From Scenedesmus sp. PABB004 (lineage: Eukaryota), in contig CM026547.1 in NCBI GenBank assembly GCA_014905635.1, forward strand, positions 3,100,001 through 3,164,000: a DNA stretch of 64,000 bases, given 5' to 3'. The translations under genes were made by a program, and so were the position numbers. The notes below the pieces were generated by a model, which was given only the letters and a program-made list of their open reading frames with translations, had not been told where the DNA came from and did not search any database. Within the stretch, counting starts at the first letter, position 1. The number at the start of each line of letters is the position of its first letter. Of this stretch, positions 10,937 to 22,530 are shown in pieces.

Positions 10937-12802
10937 CGGTCCAGCCGCCGGGCAGGCCGGCGCCTGCCGGCAGCAGCGCGTCTGGGCTTGTGCCTTGGTG
11001 CGACGTGCCGGGGTACGAGCGGCGGTGCGCCATCGCGGCCTGCCCCGGCCCCGGCTGCGGCGCCTGGCCCCGCGGCACGCCGCGCACGCCGGCGAGGCCG
11101 TAGCCGCCGCTGGCGGTGGCCAGCAGCGGGCTGAGGCCGCCGCCGCCGGCGCCGGGGCTGGCGCCCACGGGCGCGCTCGCGTGGCCCTGCAGGCCCGCCA
11201 TGCCGCCCTGCATGTGCGGCGGCAGCGCCGACATGTGTGCCTGGAACAGCGCCGGGTCGATGGCGAGCGCGGCGAGCGCCGCGGGGTCGCGCCCGCCTGC
11301 GAGGTGCAGCGCCCCCGCGTCGGCGCCGCCCTGCAGCGCGAACGAGGCCATCTGCTGCTGCAGCAGCGCTTGGTTGGCCTGCGGCGGCGCGGCGCAGCGG
11401 CGCAGCGGCGTGAGGCGCCGCGCGGCCGGGGCCCGGCCGCCCGGGGTGGCCGCCGCCGGCGCAGCCCTGGGCCTGGGCTCACCTGCTCCAGAAGCTGGCT
11501 GCCCAGCGCGCCGCCGGCGAGGTACGGGTCCAGCGCCGCGCCGCCGGCGCCGCCCTGGCCGCCGTAGCCGCCGAGGCGGCCCAGCAGGCCGAGCTGGCGC
11601 TGCGCGGCGGCCGCGGCCGCGGCCTGCTGGTACGCCGCCGCCGCGCCGCCCCAGCCGCCGCCGCCGGCGGCCGCGAGGCCCTGCGCCTGGCGGTAGAGGC
11701 CCGCGGCCGCGGCGGCCGCTGCGGCGCCGCCCTGCGCCTGCGCCAGCGCGGCGAGCTGGGGGCTGGCGCCCATGAGCTGCCCGTACAGCGAGGCCGCCGC
11801 CGCGGCCGCCGCCGCCTGCTGGTGGTGGTGGTGCTGCGCCGCCGCGTGCGCCTGCTGCTGGTGCTGCAGCGCGCCCTCAAACGGCGCGCCCAGCAGGCCA
11901 GCCGCGGCGCCGCCGCCGTGCTGGCCCGCGGCCGCGGCCGCGGCGGCCGCGGCGGCCGAGAACAGCGACGCGGCGGCGGGGTTGTGCTCCAGCTGCTGCA
12001 GCGCGCGGTCCTGCGCCCACAGCGCCTCCTTCTCAGCCTTGGACATGCGCTTGTACCTGCGCGCCAGCACACACCGCGCGTCAGCACACGCAGCGCCGGC
12101 CGGCGCGCGCCCGCCGCAGCCGCGGCCGCCCCCTGCGCGCGCCCCGCCCGCGCTCCGCGCTCGCGCGCGCGCGCCTGGCGGCGAGCTCGCGGTCGTAGTG
12201 CACGTTGTTGGGGTTGAGCTTGTTGCTCAGGTTGACCGCCGGCTCGCCCAGCTCCTCGTCGCCCAGCCCCGCGCCGCCCAGGCCGCCGGCGACGCCCGGC
12301 GCGCCGAGGCTGCCGCCGGTGAGCGACGCGCGCGGCGCCGTGGCCTCTGCGGGAGGGGGGCGGGGGGTGCGCGCGCGGTGAGGGCGCGGCGCGGGGCCGC
12401 GGGCCGCGCCCGGCCGCGCCGCCGCAGCCTGTGCGTCGCGCGGCGCCGGCCACTCACTGCGCGCGCGCGCGGCCGCCGCGTCGACCGCCTTCGGCCCGCC
12501 CGCGCCGGGCGCGCCGCCGCCGCCGCCGGGCGCGCCGCCCGGCGCGCCGCCGGGCGCGGCGTCCTTCTGGAAACGTATGACGAGCGGCTTGGGCCCCGTG
12601 ACGTGGGGGCTGGGCTGCGCGTCGAGCGCGGCCTTCGCCGCGATGGCGTGGGGCGCGTGGACGTAGTTGACAAACGCAAACGTCTTGCCCGGGAACACGC
12701 GCACGCTCTCGAGCGGGCCGAAGCGCGCAAACAGCGCCTCCATGGCGGGGCGGTTGGGCTTGAGCGGGATGTTGCCCAGCCACAGGTGCCTGGCGCGGGC
12801 GC

Positions 12803-12867
<65 letters not shown>

Positions 12868-13928
12868 GGCGGTGCGGAGTTAAGAGTCGGGGCAGGGCGG
12901 GCGCGCGGCAGGCACGCGGGGCGCGAGGCGCGCCGGTCGCGGCGGCGCGCACCGGCTGGGCCGGCCCTCCGGAATGTCGCAGCAGTCGTCGCCCGCGGCA
13001 GAGCTCGCGTCGCCGCCGCCGCCAAACGCAGCGCCGGCGGTGGCGGCCGCGCCGCCGGCGCCCGGGCCCTGCGGCACGCCCGCGTCGACCGCCGCGAGCG
13101 CCGCCGCCGCGGCCGCCACGTGCGCGGCGGCCGCGGCGTTGCTGTCGGCGCTGCTGCCAGCGGCGACCGCGGCCGCCGCGGCGGCCACCGCGGCAGCCGC
13201 CGCGGCCGCGACGCTGAGCTGCGGCCCGGCGGCCAGGCCCTGCGCCTGGTCGGGCGCCGGCGTCGTGTCGGGGCCGTCGGCCGCCTCGGCGCGGCCCAGG
13301 CCGCCGCTGCCGCCGCTGGGCTGGGGCGCGCGCGCCGAGCTGGCGCCGCTGCCGGTGCTCGACGCGTCGTCGCTCGCGCCCGCCGGCGCGGCGGCGCCCC
13401 CGCCGGCGGCGGCCGTCGCGAGCCAGACGAGGCTGCTGTTGCTGCTGCTCCGGCTGCCGCCGCCGCCGCTGCCCGGCGCGCCGGCGCCGGCGCCGGCGCC
13501 GCCGGCGGCCGCCAGGTTGGCGCTGCTGCCCGCCGCGCTGCCGGGCGCGCTGCCGTGCGCGCTGCTCGCGTTGCTGGCGGTGCGGCTCGCGCTCACGGCG
13601 GCGGGGTCGACCAGGCCCGGCACCATCGCCTCCGCGACCTTGCCCAGCGCGCGGCGGCTGGGCCGGAACTTGACGACCAGGCGCCGGCTGCCGGTGATGA
13701 GGGGGACCTCGCGGTCCTGCACTGCCGCCGCCGCGGCGGCCGCGTCTGCGGGCGACTTGAAGTTGACAAACGCGTACATGCGCCCCGGGAAGGTCACCAC
13801 GTCGTCGACCGCGCCGTACGCCTCAAAGACGCCGCGCAGCACGCTGCGCGGCAGGCGCTGGTGCAGGTTGCCGAGCCAGAGATGCCGGCTGGGCTGGCCC
13901 TTGGTCAGCTCCGCGGGGTCGTAGTCGC

Positions 13929-13959
<31 letters not shown>

Positions 13960-14924
13960 GCCGACGGGCGGCGGCGGCGGCGCGGCGCCGGGGCCGCCCG
14001 GCGGCGCCGCCGCCGCGGCCGCCCGGGGCGAGCCGCCCGCCGCGTCCGCGCCGGCGGCCTGCTGCTGCAGCCGCGTGGCCGCGACCTGCTGCCGCGCCGC
14101 CGTGGACGCCGCGACGCCGGCCGCGATCGCCTCGGCCTCGGCCAGCGCCGCGGCGAAGGACGCGCTGCTGGCGCGCATTGCCTCCAGGTCTTCCAGGCTG
14201 TCGCCCGACAGCGAGTGCGCCATGCTGCCGCCGCCGGCGCTGCCCACGCTGCCGGCGCGGCTGGGGCCGGCGCTCATGCTGCCGCTGCTGGGCACGCAGG
14301 GAACGCCCGCGCCCGCCGACGACGCCGGCGCCGGCGGCAGCGCCGCCCGCGCGGCGCCCTGGTCGCGCGCGCGCGACTGGCCCGCGTCTGGCTGCTGCGC
14401 GCCCGGCGCGGCCGCCGCGGGCGCCTTGGCCGCCTGCTGCGCCGCCGCGCACGCGGCGGACGCCGCCGACGCGGACAGCGCGGCCGCGACGCGCGCCATC
14501 GCCGCGGCGTCGTGCTCGCCGGCGCCGCCGCCGCCGCCGCCGCCGCCGCGGGTGAGCTCGTCGCTGCTGAGCCAGCTCATGAGGTGCTCGCTGCTCGCGA
14601 GGCCGCCGCCGCCGCCGCCGCCGGGCGCGCCCGGGTCGCTGCTGCCGATGAGGCCCATCAGCGCAGGGTCGAGCAGCTGCAGGTGCCCCGACAGCGTGCG
14701 GCCCTCCAACGGGGCGCGCGGCGCCGCGCCGGGCGCGCCCGCGCGCCGCGCCAGCGGCGGGTCCGACGCGTGCGACGCCAGCGGCTGCTGGCGCCGCGCC
14801 GGCGGCGCCGGCGCCGCCTGCTCCAGCGTGAACGCCTCATGCAGCGCCTCTGAGGGCAGCATGCCGCCCGACGCAGCCTGCAGCCGCTGGAGCTGCTGCT
14901 GGTGCTGCTGCAGCCGCTGATGGA

Positions 14925-14974
<50 letters not shown>

Positions 14975-17346
14975 AGCTGCCGCTGCAGCTGCAGGCGCTG
15001 CAGTTGCTGCTCCAGCTGCTGCTCCAGCGCGGACATGCCACCAGCTGCTGCCGCGGGCCAGGAGCCCACCGTGGCGCCAGGCGCCTGCTGCTGCCGGGCC
15101 ACCAGCGGGCTGCCCGGCGCGAGCGGGCTCGGGGGCGCGCCGCCGTGCGCCTGCCCCGGCCTGCCGCCGCCCCAGCCCGCGCTGGCGGCACCGTACCCGT
15201 AGCCCATGTCGCTCGCGCGGCGCGCCGGCGCCGGCCCGGCACCGCCAAAGCCGGCAAATCCAGGGAAGCCGGCCCCGCTGACGGGCGACAGCAGCGCCTC
15301 CACCAGGCTGCCGGGGCGCGGCAGGTGCAGCGCCGCCAGGCCGCCCGGGAAGTGCTCTCGAGTGCCGCCGCCGACGGGCGTGCCCGGCGCGCCCAGCGCG
15401 CCGCCGGCCAGGGCCGCGCCCGCGCCTGCCTGGCCTGCGAGGCTGGCAGGCGAGGCAAAGAGCCGCAGCCCGGGGCTGGTGCCCAGGGCGGCGGGTGCAG
15501 GCACCACCACAGGGTCGCTGGCGCTGCACCCGACGCCCGCGGCGCCCTCGCTCCCGCCCGCCTCGCCGCCCTCAGCCGCGCCGCCCGCCGGCGGGCAGGC
15601 CGCCGGCAGGTGCGACCTGCCGCCGCGCCGCTCGCCGTCGTCGCCGCTGCCGCCGCTGCTGGCGCCGCCGCCAGAGCCGCCGGCGCCGCCACCGGCGCCG
15701 CCGACGCTGCCAGCGGAGCGCCCGCCGCCCGAGCCGCCGGCACCGCCGGCGCCGCCGGTGCTGCCGGCGCCTGCGCTTGTGCCACCGCTGCCGGCATCGG
15801 GCGCGCCGTCGCCGCAGGCCTTGATGCTGCTGCTGCTGCTGCTCCGCGCCGGCAAGCCTGGCGGCTGCGCCGTGCCTCCACCGCAGGGGTCAAAGCGCAG
15901 CGGCGCGGCGGGCTGCTCATCCGCGGGCCGCTGCTGCCCCGCCGCCGCCAGCACGCCACGCTGCACGTGCGCGAGCGCGGGCGCATCCCGCGCCGCTGCC
16001 GGGTCGCTGCCGGTGCTGCTGTCGCTCGTGTCGCTGGGCCGGCTGCGCCGGCTGCCCTTGTCGGACGGCGGGCTGCCGGAGCGGGGCGAGAACACGAGCT
16101 CAATGGTCGCCGTGGCGCCGGCGTCGGGCCGCGGGCCCGCGACGCCGAGGCCGCCGCCCGCGGCCGCCTGCTGCTGCTGCTTGAAGGCCGCCAGCATCCG
16201 GCACGCCGGCTGCGTCAGCGCCGGCTGCACCTCGCTGCTGCCGGACAGCCAGCGCAGGACGGCCGAGGCGCTCGCCTGCGGCGCGGGCGCGGGCGCGCGC
16301 CGGGGCGCGTCGGCGCGCCGCCCAGGCGCGGGCACGCCGCGCAGTGCGCTGTCGCGGGCGGCGCCAGCCCCGCCCACCTGCATCATGCCACCGGCTGTCG
16401 CCGCGCCGCTCCTCTCCACGGCGCCCTCAACGGCCGACACGAGCGCGTGCAGCGCCGCGTTGGACGCCGGCTGCGCCGTCAGGCCGCCCGGCCACGCGCG
16501 CGGCCCCAGCTCCGCACAACAGGCAAGGCACTGCAGCACCAGGCCCTGCTGCTGCTGCTGCGACTGCTGCGACTGCGGCTGCTCGCCCGCAGCCGCTGCC
16601 GCGGTCAACAGCGGGAGGACCGCGCCGCACAGCACGTCAGCTGCACTGCACGGCGCGCCGCCCTCCCCGCCGCCGCCGACGCCCGGGCCGGGCTGCTGCG
16701 CCTGCAGCGCCCCACCCATCAGCCTCGTCAGGGCCCACAGCGCAGCGCCGCCCACGTCGGCGCCGCTGGCGCCAAGCTGCGGAGCTGCCGCCGCCGCCGC
16801 CGCTCCCTGCAGCGCCGCGACGCCGGCGGCCAGCTGCGCCTGCTGCTCGGCGGCCGCCGCGCCCGGCGCGCCCGCCAGCTCACCCAGCAGCAGGCAGCAG
16901 AGCAGCGCCACGGCGGCGCCGGGGCCGCCCGACGCGACGGCGGCCTTGAGCGCAGGCGTCAGCGCTGCCGCGCCGCCCGCGGCCAGCAGGCGCTGCGCGT
17001 TGGGCGCGTGCTCGCAGACCGTGAGCAGCAGCGCCTGCAGCACGTCGGCGAGCTGCCCCCGCTGCGCCTCGCGGCCCGCGAGCGCGCCGACCGCCGCCGC
17101 CAGGTGCTCGACCGCGCCCGCCTGGCCCAGGCCATCCTGGCTGCCGCCGTGGCCGCAGCAGGCGCCGCAGCCCGCGAGGCGCAGCAGCTGCTGCAGCGCC
17201 GCGGCGGCCGCGGCAGGGCCGCCGCCGGCCTGCTGCAGCAGCTGCCTCACGTGCGCCGGCTCCAGGCCGGCCGCCTGCGCGCGCGCGGGCGGGGCGGCAG
17301 TGCGCGCGACGGCGGCGTCACCAACCGCCTCGCCGCGCCTGGCCAT
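10410..17346 (-). CDS. Large protein: helical (ARM-like) N-terminus, low-complexity/polyQ middle, two RRMs, C-terminal U-box
   Basis: RRM1 PSRHLWLGNL...RMYAFVNF (~13890-13660); RRM2 HLWLGNIP...KTFAFVNY (~12790-12565); U-box HFVCPLSNALMSDPVT...YDRAAIVDWL...SPATGQPL...PNLQLRQAI (~10640-10450). Exons from RRM2 to the U-box join in phase. Start uncertain (17346, or upstream ATG at 18096). Confidence 0.85.
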
Positions 17347-18577
17347 GCGGGCCGCGCCCGCTGCGCCAGCACCCACCTGCTCGCTGGCAGCGCCGCCGCA
17401 CGAGCCGCACGCCGGCGCGCTCTCAGCGCCGGCGCCGGCATCGCGCGCCGCCTGCGGGCAGCGGGCAGCGGCGGCCGGCAGCGGGTGGCGCCGCGCGTGA
17501 GCAGGGGCGCGCCCAGCGCGAGCTCTGCCGCCGTCACCAGCTGGCGCGACGCGCGGCGCGTTCCCCCGATGCGCGCCCTCGCGGCCAGGCCGCCCGAGGC
17601 GCGCCGCTGCTGCTGCTGCCCGCCCCTCGCGCCCGGGCGCTCGCAGGCCCTGAGTACGGGCCAGGTGCGTGAGCACAACCCGTGCGATGTAGAGGGCCGC
17701 GCGGGCTGGCCCAGGGGCGCCCACGGCCGCGGCCCGGGGGTTGCTCGAGCGCGCATGGCCCGCCCCCCGCCGCGCGTGCGGCGCCCTGGCCGGCCCGGGG
17801 GCCCGCACAGGGCGCTGCTGCGGGTGTGCCAAGCCAATCGTCAGCCCGCCGCGGCCGCCCGAGGCCCTGTGGCAGGGACAGTTGGCTTGCGCTGACCTCC
17901 CCCCCGCAGCGCACGAGCGGCACAGGGCGTCCAGCAAGCCGCGGATAGCCAGATCAAGGCGCCCTGCCGCTCCCTGCCGCTGCCGTGGCCCGCGCGGGCC
18001 CCCCACCGGCCGCGGGTGCCCCGCCGAGTGCGACACAATCAGGCCGCGCCCCGCCGCGCCTGCGGTCCCTGGACCGCGCGAGCCGCGCTGCAGCATCCCC
18101 AAAGCGTCGCACCTGCGTGATGACCGCGCTGGAAGCGCCGTCCAGGGCACCGATGGCGCCCGCTCGCGCGCCGTGGTGTCCGGTGCTCCAGCTCTCGCCG
18201 CGCGCGGTCAGCGAGCACGCGTGTGATTGAGCTAAGGCTGGCTCAGACTGCTGGGCGCATGGCGGGGTCGACTGGCTCGGCGCCAGGAGCGGGCCGAGCA
18301 TCGAGCATGGCTGGCGCGCGCGCTGCGGGCGGCTGCGGGCGCGCGACTCCTCGCTCTCTGCCCTGCTCGCGGGCGCCGGCCGCGAGGCCGGCAGGCGGGC
18401 GCGAGCCAGCGGCTGAACCACAAGCCCTGCGCCGCCGCCTGAACGACGGCCAGCGCGCCGCCGCCTCCGCCCAGCAGCTCGGCGGCCGGCCGGCGCGGGT
18501 CAGGCCATCTTACACCCAACGCGACCATGGTACAAGCAAGTACACGCCCCCGGCCCTGCGCGCGCGGGGGCACCGCG

Positions 18578-20825
18578 CTAGCTCGCCGGCGGCAGCAGGT
18601 GCTGGGCGAGGTCGAACACCTCGCCAACGTTGCCCGCCTCCTCGCGCAGCGCGGCGCGCGCCGCCGCGAGCTGGCGCAGCAGCACCTCCAGCGAGCTCTG
18701 CGCCTCGGCGGGCGCGCGGGGCGGGGCGGCCGCCGAGTGAGGCGCCGGCGGCGCGGCGGTGGCACCGGCCGCTGCGCGCGGCGCCGCGCGGCGCGGCGCG
18801 CGCACCTGCGGCGGGCCGCCGCCGCCCCCGCCCGCGCCGTCGCCGTCGCCGCCAGCCGCGCCCGCTCCGGCCGCCGCGTCGGCGCCACCGCCGCTGGCGC
18901 GCGAGGCCGCGAGGATGGCGCCGTTGACCACGTCGGCCACGTGCTCGCGCTGGCCGAGGTGCAGCAGGTGCGCGAGCGGCGAGGCCTCGGGGCGCTCGTA
19001 CGCAATGAGCGCGACCACCTCGCGCAGCGCCGCGTCGCGCTGGCCCCCGCCCGGCTGCAGCCCCGCCAGCACCGTCTGCGCAAACTGCAGCGCCTCGCCG
19101 ACGCACGACTGCCTGCGCGGCGGGGCGCGCGGGCTGCGTGTCGCGGCGGCGGGGCGCGCGGCCGGGCGGCGGGGCGCGCGGCCGGGCGGCGCGCCGCGCC
19201 CCCGTGCTGCCGCGCTGCCGTCCGGGTCGTCTCACCGGATGAGCTCGATGAACTGCTGGCAGCTGAGGCAGAACTGGACCTCCTCGCTCACGGCGTGGCC
19301 CTGCAGCACCGCGGGGCACTGCGCCTGCAGCAGCTCCATCGCCGCCACCAGCTGCCCCGCCATGATCGCGCCGCGCACGGCTGCGCGCGTCGCGAGCGTG
19401 GCCGCCATGGCCTCCTCCTCGCCCTCGCTGCGCGGCGCGCGGCGCGCGGCGCGCGGCGGCGGCGTGTGAGCGCGGCGGCGGCGGGCGAGCGCGTGCGGGC
19501 GCGGGCGCGCGCGGGCGGGCGCGGGCGCGCGGGGGCCGCCGCACCACATGGGCTGCTCGATGCCCTCCGCGCCCGCCGCGCCGTCAAACGCCGCGAGCGT
19601 CGCGCCGTAGCCATAGTGCAGCAGGTAGCGCCGCACCACGCTGTGCGCCGTCCCGGCCGACACGTCCACGCTACGCGCGGCGCCGCGCGGGGTGGCCGCG
19701 TCGGCGCGCGGCGCGGGCGGCGCGGGCGGCGCGGGCGGCGCCGCTCCCGCCGGTGCCGCCGCTGCGCCGGCGCCCCCACGCGGGCGCACCGCTGCACGTC
19801 GGCGGCCTCCTGCTCCTGCTCCTCGATGAGCAGCGCCTCGAGGTCAAACTTGAACGGCGACGCGCCAAAGTTGACCGTCACCGCCTCGTTCTTGCTGCGC
19901 GGCGCGCACGGCGCGTGGGCACGGCGGGTCGGGCGGGCGGGGCGGGTCGGGCGCACGACGCAGGGCGGGAGAGGCGGGGCGGGGCGCGGCAGCGCTGGCT
20001 GCGCCGCCGCGCCTGTGCAGGCCGACGGTGGGGAACAGCTGCGTCGCCTGCACGTTGCGGAACGCCGTCTTGAGGCGTTGTCCGTTCTTGCTGCGCGCGC
20101 GGGGGCGGCGCAGCGGGGGGCGTCGGCGTCGGCGGCGGCGGCGGTGGCGCGGCGCGGCCGCGGGCGCCGCCGGCCGCCACCCCACGCGCCCGGGCGCCCG
20201 TGCTCACGTGAAGAAGACCTCCTGGCGGCCGAGGTGCAGGCACGCGCCGACGGTGTCGCCCGCGCCAAAGCGCGGCCCGTAGTCCTCGCCCTTGCCCGAC
20301 GCAGCGTACTTCTGGCCGTCGTCGCCGTGGTAGCCGTAGCTGCCCACCTCCCACCTGCCGCGGCACGGGACGGCGCGGCGCGCGCTCGGCCGGCCGGCCG
20401 GCGGGCAGCGCGCGCCAGGCCGCGCCGCCGCCGCCCGCGCAGCCGCGCGCCGCGCACCCGGGCTGGCGCGTGAGCTTGAAGGTGCGGTCGCTGAAGCCGA
20501 CGCCGACGCGGCCGTGCTCGCCCGCGTCGGTCACGGTGACCTCAAAGTAGTAGAGGCGCTGCGCGGCCGGCGCGGGCGCGTTGGCCTGCGCGGCGCCGAC
20601 GTCGTTCGCGTGCCGCCCCTCGCCCACGTAGCGCAGGCTGAGCTTGTCCTTGCCGACCTCCAGCCCGGGGCCGTGGTTGCTGGTGTTGAGCGCGCTCGGC
20701 GGCGGCTCCGGCGCGAGCGGCGCGCCCGCGGCAGCGGCGGCGCCGGGCGCGACCGGCGCCGCGCCGCCGCCCGGCGCCGTGCCGCCGCGGCCCCCGGCCA
20801 GGCCGCCCGTTGACCGGCGCGCCAG
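18578..20825 (-). CDS. RanBPM: RanBPM/RanBP9-10 (Gid1) homologue: SPRY-LisH-CTLH-CRA, CTLH E3 complex scaffold
   Basis: SPRY motifs YYFEVTV, GYHGDDG, FFTKNG, LFPTVGL, VNFGASPFKFD; LisH VVRRYLLHYGY; CTLH FCLSCQQFIELIR; CRA ALIAYERPEASP...QREHVADVVNGAIL. No in-frame ATG, so the start is placed at the CTG at 20825 (inference). Confidence 0.9.
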
Positions 20826-21055
20826 CGTGCCCACGCCGCCCCGGGCGGCTGCTGAAGGGCTGCGCGCGCTAGAGGAGCGGCGGGCGCGCAGCAGCAGCGG
20901 CGGCGGCGCGTTCGCGGCGCCGGGGGCCGGCTGCGTGGGTGAGCGGCGTGCGAGCGGCGTCCGGCGCTCGCGTGTCGTCGTCGATTCAGAGTACCGCCCC
21001 CCGGGCGGGCGAGCACGCGCGTCGGGGCTGCTCGGCGGTTCAGGGCGGCACGCCG

Positions 21056-21107
21056 CGACCGTCTGCACAATCCGGTGCGCGCTTGGGCACCAGATCGTGC
21101 ACGGTCG
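21056..21107. repeat. Imperfect ~21-bp-arm inverted repeat (hairpin)
   Basis: cgaccgt(ct)gcacaatccggtgc - gcgcttgg - gcaccagatcgtgcacggtcg; one 2-nt bulge and 2 mismatches. Confidence 0.7.
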
Positions 21108-21400
21108 GAGGCACGCAGCGGTCACCCACGCCCGGCGAGAGCCTCCCGCGATGCACAGCCGGTCGATCGGGCGACTGGGGCGCGCGCGCTGCCGGCAGCC
21201 CAAGCCGGCGCGCGCCGCGATGGGCAGCCTGTGAGGCGCGTGTGTGGTGCGTGCGTCGCGGCCGCCCGGATCGCGCACTCCGCGACGGGCGCGTTCCGGA
21301 AGATTTCATGCTGCCCCGCCCCGCGCCGCCCCGCCCCGCAACGCCCCGCCCCGCCCCGCCGTCAGGCGCCACGGCCTGAGCTGAGGGCGTGCTGGGCGCC

Positions 21401-22293
21401 ATGGAGCCGGAGCCGCCGCCACCGCCGCCGCCGATCGGCGGCGGGCAGCAGGAGGCGCAGCAGCGCGCTGGCGCGCCGGCTCAGGCCGATCCCGCGCACC
21501 CCGTGGCGCCCGCCGGCCTTTTCGCGCTGCCGGTGCTGAACTGGGGCGCGCACCGCGACGCGCGCGGGATTGAGCGGCACCGGCTTTGGCAGGAGGGGCG
21601 GCCGGGGCGGTACGACCGCCGCCCGCCCGGCGGCGGCGACTGCGTGCATGCCTGCCTGAACCGCGTGCCTGCATACTCGGGCACGAGCGTCGCCGCGCCG
21701 CCGCGTGGCGCAACGGCCGGGTGCATCATGTGCTCAACAATGCATTCGCATATAGCTTGCTTGCGTGCCGTGCAGAGTGTGCGTGGCGGCTGCGGAAGCA
21801 CGGGCTGAAGCAGCGCGCGCTGCATGCCGTGATTCAGTTGACTGCATACGGCCGGGTCTTTGTGCGCGGGCGCGTCCGGCCGCACGCGCGCCTGCCCGCC
21901 GACCTGCCCGCGGTGGTGCTGGGCATCGGGGACGCCAGCCTGGGCATGGGGGGCTGCATCTCGGGGCCGGGGCCGCCGCGGCAGGCGCTGCTGGCGCTGC
22001 TGCGCACGTACTACGCGCGCCGGCGCGTCGCCGCGGTGCTCATGGACGAGCACCGGACCAGCATCACCTGCTCTGTTTGCGGGGCGCGCATGGAGAAGCT
22101 GCGGGGCATTTACGGTTTGCTGCAGTGCCCCGGGTGCACGGTCGTCGCGCCGCGCGACGACAACGCGGCGCGCAACATCTGCGCGCTCACGCTGCACGAG
22201 TTGCTGCGCGGCGGCCGCGGCACGGCGGGCGGCGCGCGCCTCGCCGGCGCGTTCCGGCAGGCGGCCGCCGCCGCGGTGGACCCCCCGGCGTGA
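21401..22293 (+). mobile_element. Fanzor/TnpB-like RuvC + zinc-finger nuclease gene, short (~295 aa), one frameshift at ~21695-21705
   Basis: Frame 2: WRLRKHGLKQRAL, VLGIGDASLG, GPPRQALL, LMDEHRTSITCSVCG (RuvC-II E, CxxC), LQCPGC (CxxC), PRDDNAARNI (RuvC-III D). Frame 1 starts at ATG 21401 in gccATGg context. Intronless, unlike its neighbours. Confidence 0.85.
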
Positions 22294-22530
22294 GCGGCGT
22301 GTGCGGTGCGCTGCGCTCTCCGTCCTGGGCAGGACGTTAAAAGGCCTCTTGCTGTTGTGTGTTGCCAGGTTAGGTCAGCGGGTGCGCGTGTGCTTCTCGC
22401 ATTGTCACCCGTGGGGGGGACCCCCTCGCGGGGGCACCGACCTGCAGGCCGGTCCCAAACCGTTATGCCTCGCGCCGCAGTGGCCTGTTTCAGGCGGCCG
22501 GCGATCAGAGGATGCCCATGGTCGGTGTTG
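22294..22530 (+). ncRNA. Candidate Fanzor omega-RNA scaffold / element right end
   Basis: Lower-GC segment directly after the nuclease stop. Hairpins: cgtcct/aggacg (22321-22336), cgggtg/cacccg (22379-22411), gggacc/ggtccc (22417-22456), cctc-cgccg-gcctg/caggc-cggcg-gagg (~22468-22511). Long-range pairing caccgacc (22435-22442)/ggtcggtg (22520-22527). Confidence 0.5.

Noticed and set aside
21721..21775. Possible GT-AG intron rescuing the Fanzor frameshift
   Set aside because: Splicing these 55 nt lands in the third frame, not the RuvC frame, and the segment does not resemble this genome's GC-rich introns.
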